Assembly (NCBI GenBank): GCA_963777605.1 | Contig: CAVZRV010000008.1 | Span: forward strand, 128,001 to 192,000 | Direction: 5' to 3' | From: an uncultured Acidobacteriota bacterium | GTDB lineage: Bacteria; Acidobacteriota; UBA6911; RPQK01; JAPXNP01 | DNA: 64,000 nucleotides | Part shown: piece after piece, positions 10,187 to 18,196 of the stretch | How positions within the stretch are numbered: position 1 is the stretch's first letter | How the letters are laid out: the number at the start of each line of letters is the position of its first letter | Made by a program: the position numbers and the translations under genes | The notes under the pieces: generated by a model | Seen by the model: only the letters and a program-made list of their open reading frames with translations | What the model was told of the DNA's origin: nothing | Databases searched by the model: none

Positions 10187-12187
10187 TCATCCGATTACGG
10201 AACTCGGCTTGGAGTAAGGCTCGTCCAGATACTTCCGGGCTTCAGCCTGCGCGCCATTATAGTCGATCTTCGAGTTGAGTGCTTTTTGGTACTCGGCGCT
10301 CGCTCGCTGACGCTGGCCCAGGATGTCATAAACCTTGCCCATATAGATGTGGGCCCAGGTCTCGACCCATTCCGGCTTCAAATCACCATTAAGGCTGTCC
10401 CGCATGCTGTTGGCCGCATTGGAATAGCTGTGCTGATCGAAGAAACACTGTCCGAGCCGGAAATGCGCCAGCGAACTGCGAGGGTTCTGATCGATGGCCC
10501 GTTCGTATTCCTGGACGGCCGAGACGTATTCACCCTGTTCCCGGAACTCGTCCCCTTTGGCTATCGAGACCTCTACCTGCATCCGGTCCGAGTCCATCAG
10601 GACCTTGCCCTTGGGATCGAGTTCGATCCGAACCGGGGTTGTCTCGGTGTCGAACACGAACGGTGTCGTCTTCCCGTTGACCATCAACTCCTTGTCTTCG
10701 GGCTTCCCCTTGGTTTCGATCAGGACGTCCATGGGCATCCGGAAGAGGTCGATGTTCTGCTTGACCTGTCCGCGAATTTTGAACCCCCCCTCGCGCAGCT
10801 TGAAGACAGTGTAGTCAACCTGAAATTCAGGAACGCCGACCGATTCGAGCCACTGGGTGAAAAACCATGCGTAGTTGTCGGGAGCCCGTTCGTCGATCAA
10901 CCGGGTGAAGTCGCTGATTGCCGCAGCCTGTCCCGCGTAGTCGCCGTAGAACTCCTTGATGCTCGAATTGAGCGTATCGGCACCGGTCAACTGGCCGAGC
11001 ATGTACAAAACCCAGGCTCCCTTGCTGCCCACGATCGACTCGTATTTGGGAGAACCGACCTCGAGGTTGAGGCCGCTCACGACGGGTGCCTGGTCCTGGT
11101 ACTTGAGGGCATCGACAGCCATCGCCGCCAGGCGAGCCTGAAACTCATCGCCCTTCTTAACCTGGAAGTAGCGCAGCGCCGCGTAGTGCGCAAACCCGTC
11201 CGCCAGCCAGGCATCAACCGCCCGCGCCGGCCGAACCGAGTACCCCCACCACTGTTGGGCGACCCGCCGTGCCAGCTCAAAGGTCGGAAACAGAGCGGAA
11301 TTCAAGAGACGATCCTCGAGGAGGATCAGGCCGTGAGAGCCCGCGGTCGCGAGCGTGATGTTCCCGCTTTGCACGATACTCAGCCCCTCGACCGGGGCGG
11401 GCCCATACTCCTGGGAGAAGAAGTCCACCATGTCCCAGATCGCCGTCGCAAAGGGCTTCAAGTCTCCGTCGAAGTCGGCACCCACGAAGAAAGTCAGCGG
11501 GATCCCTCCCTCCGACAGGGACTGGCGGTAATACCTCGAAACCAGAACCGGCACCGTGTTGATCTCGTCCGGTGAACTCCAGTTGAATGCTTCGGTGATC
11601 CCAAGCGTCTCAATCTCCCCCAGAGTACCGGGAGCAACTGCCGTGAAGCCGAGAGGGACCACCAGCCGCAGAGAAACGACGGCCGAGTCGATCGCCAGCT
11701 GGTGCGACGGGAACCAGTAGCCCTCACTCAGCAACCAGGCTCCGTCGGGCTCGATCACCGCCTTCTGGGTGGAAGGAATGTCGAGCAGTGCGTACTGCTC
11801 CTTCTCAAGCTGCCCTTCGAACTTGAATGTCAGAGTCTTGACCGAACCGGCCATCATGAGGTCGTCTCCCTGAACGCGGATCCGGTCGCGGGAATAGTCA
11901 TCTCCACGCAGGGAGTAACGAACACCTTTCGCATCCGTCACCTCGGTAATCGTCAGTTGACGATTCAGGTTGAAGGAGACTGCCATGGTGTCCTCCAGGA
12001 CGATGAACTCGGTCTCCACCGTTCCGCTGATCAGGCTCCTGTTCAGGTCCAGCTCGGCGTCAATCCGGTAGCTCTTCACGTCAACCGTCGGCGACTCAGG
12101 TGCGTCCGGTCCAACCTGAGCCCAGCCTGTCCCAAGACTCATTGCCGTTAGGATCAGCGGTGCAATGACACGATTCGCAATGCCCAT
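10187..12187 (-). CDS. Secreted M1-family aminopeptidase-like protein with C-terminal TPRs; zinc motif degenerate
   Basis: Signal peptide; M1-like segments YWFP, QWWG, WLADGFAHY, KGAWVLYML, WFFTQWL; TPRs AVQEYERAIDQNP and AHIYMGKVYD. The HEXXH position reads RRVAQ. Confidence 0.8.
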   Translation of the reverse strand: MGIANRVIAPLILTAMSLGTGWAQVGPDAPESPTVDVKSYRIDAELDLNRSLISGTVETEFIVLEDTMAVSFNLNRQLTITEVTDAKGVRYSLRGDDYSRDRIRVQGDDLMMAGSVKTLTFKFEGQLEKEQYALLDIPSTQKAVIEPDGAWLLSEGYWFPSHQLAIDSAVVSLRLVVPLGFTAVAPGTLGEIETLGITEAFNWSSPDEINTVPVLVSRYYRQSLSEGGIPLTFFVGADFDGDLKPFATAIWDMVDFFSQEYGPAPVEGLSIVQSGNITLATAGSHGLILLEDRLLNSALFPTFELARRVAQQWWGYSVRPARAVDAWLADGFAHYAALRYFQVKKGDEFQARLAAMAVDALKYQDQAPVVSGLNLEVGSPKYESIVGSKGAWVLYMLGQLTGADTLNSSIKEFYGDYAGQAAAISDFTRLIDERAPDNYAWFFTQWLESVGVPEFQVDYTVFKLREGGFKIRGQVKQNIDLFRMPMDVLIETKGKPEDKELMVNGKTTPFVFDTETTPVRIELDPKGKVLMDSDRMQVEVSIAKGDEFREQGEYVSAVQEYERAIDQNPRSSLAHFRLGQCFFDQHSYSNAANSMRDSLNGDLKPEWVETWAHIYMGKVYDILGQRQRASAEYQKALNSKIDYNGAQAEARKYLDEPYSKPSSVIG

Positions 12188-12188
12188 C

Positions 12189-13360
12189 TCAGCTACTCTT
12201 TCTTTCTTTCATGAACCGGCGGGCGATAAGCCCGGCCGCCTCATCATACGCATCCCGACTACCCAACCTCGCCCCGACTTCCAGCAACTCGCGCCGGATC
12301 CGCTCCGCTTCCGCCGGGTTTCCCAGCACCTTCTCCAGGTAGGCCCCAATCCGGCTGCCGGTCGCCCTGTGCTGCACGAACTCGGGAACCAGCGGGCGCC
12401 CGGCGACCAGGTTGGCCAGACAAAATGTCTGGGTCCGAACGAACGGTCGCAACGCGATGTAACTTGTCCAGGCGAGGCGGTAAACCATCGCGAACGGGAC
12501 CCCCGATAAAAGCGCCTCGAGCGTCGAAGTCCCGCTCTTCACCACGGCACAATCCGCCAGCGGAAGAATCGATTCCGTGCTGCCCGACCTGTACTCCAGG
12601 CTCAACTGCCTGCCCCTCTTCTGCTTCCATCCCTCGACGACCGACTCCATCATGCGTTCGGACACTTCTTCCGCACGGACCAGCCAACAGCGGATATCAA
12701 AGCGGTCGGACAGATAAGCCGCCGCATCCAGCTGCGTGGGCAGAATCAGTTCCACCTCATTCTTCCGGCTGCCTGGCAGCAGGGCCAGAATCCGCTCCTT
12801 GCGATCGGGGGGCGGAGCCGGCAACTCCTCTGGCCGAAAACGGGAAGCCGTTGGATTCCCGACATAGACAGGCCTCGACGCCCCGCTCCCGATAAAATCT
12901 CTCCTCAAAAGGAAAGATCACTAACATAAGATCAATATTACGGCGTATTTGTTTCACCCGGGACTGACGCCAGGCCCAGACTTGGGGACTGATGAAGTAA
13001 CAGACCGGAATCTGGAGCGCTTTCAGATGTTTTGCCAGGCGCAGGTTGAAATCTGGAAAGTCGACCAGGATCGCGAAATCGGGGCGGTTGTCACGCAGCC
13101 ATCTCTTTCAACCGCCGGTAGAGATCCCAGTAGCTCTTCAGATTCGAAATGGCTGCCCTGGGTCCGATCGCAGCGAGTTGAGAGACGTCGTGTGCGAGTT
13201 CGACCCCGGCCTCCCGCATGAGCCTGCCTCCGCTGCCGAAGAATCGGACACCATTCCCAAGCCGGGCAGACAATCGCCGGACGAGGCCCGCCGCGTGTCG
13301 TTCCCCGGAAGGCTCACCCGCCACTATCAGGACTCGCGATTTCTCTGCCTGAATCCCCAT
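12189..13360 (-). CDS. lpxB: Lipid-A-disaccharide synthase, broken by two frameshifts (~13100 and ~12870), probably sequence errors
   Basis: VAGEPSGE, LVDFPDFNLRLAK, YFISPQVWAWR, IFPFE, YVGNP, LLPGSRKNE, KSGTSTLE and LANLVAG occur in order across three frames. Confidence 0.9.
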
Positions 13361-13427
13361 AAAGAATCGCTAGAATGCTCGTGCCAAGGACCGCCCCGGA
13401 GCCACCCATTCCGCCGGTGCCCCACCT

Positions 13428-14003
13428 TTTCAACTCAGCCCTTGCGCCCTGCGCGGATCATTCAGCGAGTGAAACTGGACCTGGCGCTGGAGGCGCCTTG
13501 GTTTCAGCCCAGGGCTTGCCCTGGGTCTGTGGTCCCGGCAAGGCGATTGCGGCCTGTAAGGTCGCGCCGATTCTTCACGTCCGGAGAGCTGTGCCGCCCT
13601 TTCAGGGCTGGATTCTTGATGGGTGGGCCGTGAACCCAGGCAAATGCCTGGGCTGGAAACAGGCCCCCTTCAGGGGCCCGCCCGGCGCCGATCCTGTGAT
13701 CATCACTCATCCACGTCTGGCACCTGACCAGGAACCAGGATCCAGCCGATAATTGCGTCATTGGCTCTCCACCGATCGCCCTAATTCCCATCCAAACGCG
13801 TCCAAATCATCCAGTTCTTCCAGTTCATCCAAGTTGAAGTTTCAGGTCAGCCGGGCCCCCGGCGGCGCCGGACCATTCAGAGAGGTGAAACTGGGTCCGC
13901 GAACCCGGGGGCGCGGCTTCGCCTTACCCCCGGCTCTGTGTCCGTGCCATTCCACGTTTCAAATGGACCCAGGGTCCAAGCTTCAGGTGAAGTTTCAGGT
14001 CAG
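13428..14003 (-). repeat. Modular intergenic repeat, locus C (two tandem units with REP-like cargo)
   Basis: Minus-strand CTGACCTGAAACTTCA at 14003-13988 and 13850-13835; CCAGTTTCAC(C)TC junctions at 13894 and 13478; unit 2 is homologous to 56017-56125; palindromes GCCCTTTCAGGGC, CCCAGGCAAATGCCTGGG, CCCAGGGCTTGCCCTGGG. Confidence 0.85.
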
Positions 14004-14561
14004 CGTACCGCCTCCCTCGTACTCCCGGCGCAGGATACCGAAGTTCAGGAAATCATTGCGTCTTCCATGACGGACAACTGCTTCACGCATGGTCCCCTCG
14101 AGCGTGAACCCGTTTTTCTCCAGAACTCTGCGGCTCGCCCCGTTTCCGTCGAAGGTCGAGGCGTAAACGCGGTGCAACTCGAGATGATCGAATGCAAAGC
14201 CCAGGGCAAGGCGCACCGCCTCAGTCATGATTCCTCTGCCCCAATGATCGGGCCCCGACCAGTAACCCAACTCCGCACAACCATGCTTGCGTGAGACATT
14301 GTTGAGACTGATCAGGCCTACAACATCCTCGGCATCGCCCGAGAGAATCGTAAAGACGTAACCCGTGCCGCCTGCCCAGCGCCTCCAGGAGGACTGCAGA
14401 AACCTCCGGGCTCCTCCCGCCGGATAGGGATGGGGAATCTGGATGGTCCAGCGTACGACCTCGGGGCGGCTCACCTGCGCTTGCAGAAGCGGAGCGTCCA
14501 CCATCCTCGGTTTTCGAATACTGACCAGGTTTCCTTTGAGTTGAGTCGGCAAGAGATCCAT
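13995..14561 (-). CDS. GNAT family N-acetyltransferase (RimJ/RimL type)
   Basis: AELGYW, HWGRGIMTEAV, LELHRVYA, NGASRRVLEKNGFTLEG. Confidence 0.9.
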   Translation of the reverse strand: MDLLPTQLKGNLVSIRKPRMVDAPLLQAQVSRPEVVRWTIQIPHPYPAGGARRFLQSSWRRWAGGTGYVFTILSGDAEDVVGLISLNNVSRKHGCAELGYWSGPDHWGRGIMTEAVRLALGFAFDHLELHRVYASTFDGNGASRRVLEKNGFTLEGTMREAVVRHGRRNDFLNFGILRREYEGGGTLT

Positions 14562-14717
14562 TTTATCGAGCGATCATGATACCGCACCCTGGTTCAACGC
14601 GGGAGTTTGAACCCCTGGCATCCCCCTCGATCACTGGTTCGCACTGCGCACTTTGCACTTTGGATGGTTGTCTTTTCGGTTTATGATGCGACATCGAAAA
14701 GCCACACAGGGAGAGTA

Positions 14718-15959
14718 ATGCACTTACAGGGTCTTCTCGGGATTGTTGTGATCCTCCTCGCAGCCTGGCTGCTCAGTGAAAACCGATGGAACGTCAATTG
14801 GCGCCTCATTGGAACTGCATTTGGCCTGCAGTTGGGAATCGCCGTTGCGCTGCTGAAACTGCCCGCTTCAAGGGGAATTTTTCTGGTTTTGAATCGGGGA
14901 ATCTTTTCACTCGAAGAATCGACCCGCGCCGGCACCGCTTTTGTCTTCGGGTACCTCGGTGGGGGAGAGGCCCCGTTCAAGGTCACAGCGGAATCGGCGA
15001 CGTACATCCTGGCATTCCGAGCGCTACCCCTGATCGTTTTCATCAGTGCTCTTTCCGCCGTTCTTTTCTACTGGAAGGTATTGCCCCTCGTGGTGAGGGG
15101 CTTTTCGACCCTACTGCAGCGCACGACCGGCATTGGAGGCGCAGAAGGACTCGGAGTCGCCGCAAACATCTTTCTGGGAATGGTTGAATCGCCGCTGGCT
15201 ATCCGTCCCTACCTGGCCCAAATGAACCGGAGTGAGCTTTTCACAGTGATGACATCCGGGATGGCGACCATCGCCGGAACCGTGATGGTCCTGTACGCGA
15301 GCCTTTTGACCCGGGTCCTTCCGGGGGGCATCGGCCATATTCTGGCGGCCTCCATCATCAACGCTCCCGCCGCGATCGTGATCTCGAAACTCCTGGTTCC
15401 GGCAACCGGCCCGGTGACGGCCGGTGAGTTGAGCGATCCGGAACCGGCACACAACACCATGGACGCGCTGACGAGGGGGACTTTGCGCGGGGTCCAACTC
15501 TATCTCAACGTAGTGGCGATGCTGGTGGTCCTGGTGGCTCTCGTGTACCTGGTCAACCTGATGCTGGGGCTGATTCCCTGGACAGGGGAAGAGAGTCTGA
15601 CCCTGCAGGGGATTCTCGGGTTCCTGCTGGCGCCCTTCACCTGGCTCATGGGCATTTCCTGGGCAGATGCCCCCACCGCAGCTCGGCTTCTCGGAACCAA
15701 GACAATCCTCAACGAGTTGGTAGCCTACCTTGACCTTGGGAACCTCGGTCCGAATGCAATGAGCCCGCGCAGCGTACTGATCATGACGTATGCGATGTGT
15801 GGGTTTGCAAACCCCGGCAGCGTGGGCATTATGATCGGGGGGATGGGAACGATGGTTCCGGATCGGCGTTCTGAAATCGTCGACCTGGGACTGAAATCAC
15901 TGCTTGCGGGAACGCTCGCCACTTGTCTCACCGGAACCCTGGTGGGCATTTTGATTTAG
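14718..15959 (+). CDS. Concentrative nucleoside transporter (NupC/CNT family)
   Basis: FVFGYLG, LAFRALPLIVFISAL, AANIFLGMVE, GMATIAG, KTILNELVAY, YAMCGFAN; many transmembrane segments. Confidence 0.92.
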   Translation: MHLQGLLGIVVILLAAWLLSENRWNVNWRLIGTAFGLQLGIAVALLKLPASRGIFLVLNRGIFSLEESTRAGTAFVFGYLGGGEAPFKVTAESATYILAFRALPLIVFISALSAVLFYWKVLPLVVRGFSTLLQRTTGIGGAEGLGVAANIFLGMVESPLAIRPYLAQMNRSELFTVMTSGMATIAGTVMVLYASLLTRVLPGGIGHILAASIINAPAAIVISKLLVPATGPVTAGELSDPEPAHNTMDALTRGTLRGVQLYLNVVAMLVVLVALVYLVNLMLGLIPWTGEESLTLQGILGFLLAPFTWLMGISWADAPTAARLLGTKTILNELVAYLDLGNLGPNAMSPRSVLIMTYAMCGFANPGSVGIMIGGMGTMVPDRRSEIVDLGLKSLLAGTLATCLTGTLVGILI

Positions 15960-16000
15960 CCAGAGATCCAACGGCAACCGACTAAACGCGGAGGTTAACA

Positions 16001-17080
16001 ATGGGAATTTTAGACTTTATTAAGGGCGAACTAATCGAGATCATTGAGTGGCAGGACGACTCGCGGGACACGATCTCCTTCCGGTTCCCCGACGAAGACA
16101 AGGCGATCAAGAACGGCGCCCAGTTAATTGTTCGCGAGTCGCAGACAGTTCAGTTCGTTTACCTGGGTGAGTTCGGAGACCGGTTCGGACCGGGGAAGCA
16201 TACGCTGACCACCGACAACATTCCGATCCTGACCCGCCTCAAGTCCTGGAAGTACGGACTGGAGTCTCCCTTTAAGGCGGACGTCTACTTCGTCAATACG
16301 CGACTGTTCACCGGAAACAAGTGGGGAACCTCGAACCCGGTCATGGTGCGCGACCAGGATTTCGGAATCGTTCGGTTGCGGGCGTTTGGGACCTATGATT
16401 TTCGGGTCGTTGACGTCGCCAGGTTTCTCCGTGAAGTTGCCGGCTCAGACCACAACTTCATCCTTTCCGAGTTCGACGAAACTATGCGGTCGCGTCTCGT
16501 CAGCGTCTTCAGTGACGCCCTGTCGTCCTCCAAGATCCCTGCACTGGATGTGGCCACCCGCTACGTCGAACTCGGCGAGGCTCTGCTCCCGCTGATCAAC
16601 CCGGTGGTGACTGCCAAGTACGGCATTGAGATCGCCAGTTTCATCGTCGAGAACGTCTCCGTTCCTCCGGAAGTGGAGGAAGCCATCGACAAGCGGGCCA
16701 GCATGTCGGCGGTGGGGAACCTCAACGACTACGTGAAATACCAGCTCGCCCAGGGAATGGAAGCAGGCGGCTCCGGTGGTGCCGGTGGAATGGCCACCGA
16801 GCTGGCGGTCGGCCTGGCAATCGCCCAGCAGGTCGTCCAACAGCAGGGAGGGCAGTTGCTCGGAAATCAACCACCTTCACCCGGCCCGGTCGCCGGTTCA
16901 GTTTCAGCCACTCCTGGCGGGCTTCCCGACCTGCTCGGCCCGGCCGAAGTCGCGCAGATCCTGGGAGTCTCGGAACCGGATGTTTTGGCGGTGATCGAAA
17001 GTGGGGAGTTGAAGGCCAAGAAAATCGGAAGCGCCTACCGGATCAAACGATCGGCGGTTGATGAATTTCTGGCCGATTGA
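16001..17080 (+). CDS. SPFH (YdjI-like) protein with C-terminal excisionase-like HTH
   Basis: IKNGAQLIVRESQ, SPFKADVYFVN, KWGT, VRLRAFGTY; C-terminal LLGPAEVAQILGVSE...GELKAKKIGSAYRI; GGAGG RBS. Confidence 0.88.
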   Translation: MGILDFIKGELIEIIEWQDDSRDTISFRFPDEDKAIKNGAQLIVRESQTVQFVYLGEFGDRFGPGKHTLTTDNIPILTRLKSWKYGLESPFKADVYFVNTRLFTGNKWGTSNPVMVRDQDFGIVRLRAFGTYDFRVVDVARFLREVAGSDHNFILSEFDETMRSRLVSVFSDALSSSKIPALDVATRYVELGEALLPLINPVVTAKYGIEIASFIVENVSVPPEVEEAIDKRASMSAVGNLNDYVKYQLAQGMEAGGSGGAGGMATELAVGLAIAQQVVQQQGGQLLGNQPPSPGPVAGSVSATPGGLPDLLGPAEVAQILGVSEPDVLAVIESGELKAKKIGSAYRIKRSAVDEFLAD

Positions 17081-17104
17081 TCCCGCCTGGATGGGAAAGA
17101 GACC

Positions 17105-18196
17105 ATGAGCACGATTGAAGCTCTCAAGAAGCACCCCTGCGCTGCTTGCGGAGCCCAGGCGGAATGGGATCCGGCGGCCCAGGTGTTGCGCTGCCCTTAC
17201 TGTGGAACCGTGTCTCCCTACGAGGTGGACCCCGACACCGGTCAGATTCGCGAGATCGACCTGATCAAGACCCTTCGAGAACTTGGGGACGACGAGCGTG
17301 GCTGGCAGACTCCGCGGCGCTCGGTCCAGTGTCGCAGTTGCCATGCCGTCTCGGTGTTCGATCCAGCCCGGGTGGGCCAGCGCTGCGAATTTTGTGGTTC
17401 TCCGGAACTAGTCGACTACGAGGAAATCAAGGCACCCATCCGGCCCCAGGCCCTGTTGCCGTTCAAGGTCAGCGAAAGTGACCTGCGCCAGCATGTTCAC
17501 GACTGGATCAAGGGGAGGTGGTTCGCCCCAAACCGTCTGCGATCGGGCGCAATGATCGACCGGGTCAGCGGCCTGTACATTCCCTATTGGACGTTCGACG
17601 CTCAGACTCACTGTCCCTGGACAGCGGAGGCGGGACACTACTACTACACCACCGAGTCCTACCGGGATGACAAGGGAAACCTCAAGACCCGGCAGATTAG
17701 ACACATTCGATGGGAACCGGCTGCCGGCACCGTCGAACAGTTCTTCGACGACGAGCCGGTGCCCGGTACCCAGGGGCTGCGAGCTGACCTACTCCGGACG
17801 GTGGTGCCCTTTCCGACCGATGAGCTGGTTCCGTATGACACCAGCTACCTGTCCGGTTTCGTCGTCGAACACTACCAGGTCGTACTCGTGGACGCCGCCC
17901 AGACCGCACGGCAGTCGATCGAAGCAAAGCTGCGGCAGATCTGTGCCGGGCAGGTGCCTGGCGACACCCATCGCAACCTCCAGATTTACCCCGAGTTTTC
18001 GGGCCAGACTTTCAAGCACATACTCGTGCCGGTGTGGCTTCTCAACTACGACTTCGGGGCGCGCACTTTCCAGGTGATTGTCAACGGCTACACGGGAAAG
18101 GTCGGCGGAGACTACCCTAAAAGCTTCTGGAAGATCGCACTTCTCGTCCTGACCATTGTGACCATACTCGGGATCATCATGTGGCTGGCCCGGTAA
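17105..18196 (+). CDS. Zinc-ribbon membrane-anchored protein (YdjG-like)
   Basis: Four CxxC pairs, YIPYWTFD, VNGYTGKVGG, C-terminal transmembrane helix. Confidence 0.85.
   Translation: MSTIEALKKHPCAACGAQAEWDPAAQVLRCPYCGTVSPYEVDPDTGQIREIDLIKTLRELGDDERGWQTPRRSVQCRSCHAVSVFDPARVGQRCEFCGSPELVDYEEIKAPIRPQALLPFKVSESDLRQHVHDWIKGRWFAPNRLRSGAMIDRVSGLYIPYWTFDAQTHCPWTAEAGHYYYTTESYRDDKGNLKTRQIRHIRWEPAAGTVEQFFDDEPVPGTQGLRADLLRTVVPFPTDELVPYDTSYLSGFVVEHYQVVLVDAAQTARQSIEAKLRQICAGQVPGDTHRNLQIYPEFSGQTFKHILVPVWLLNYDFGARTFQVIVNGYTGKVGGDYPKSFWKIALLVLTIVTILGIIMWLAR

Noticed and set aside
10286-11575. Long antisense ORFs (also 33944-35155, 46991-48235, 62160-63551 and others)
   Set aside because: They mirror well-supported genes on the opposite strand, as expected in high-GC DNA.
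12189-13360. lpxB as a true pseudogene or programmed frameshift
   Set aside because: All motifs are intact and the breaks are single-base slips without slippery heptamers. Similar slips in unrelated genes point to consensus error; read polishing would decide.
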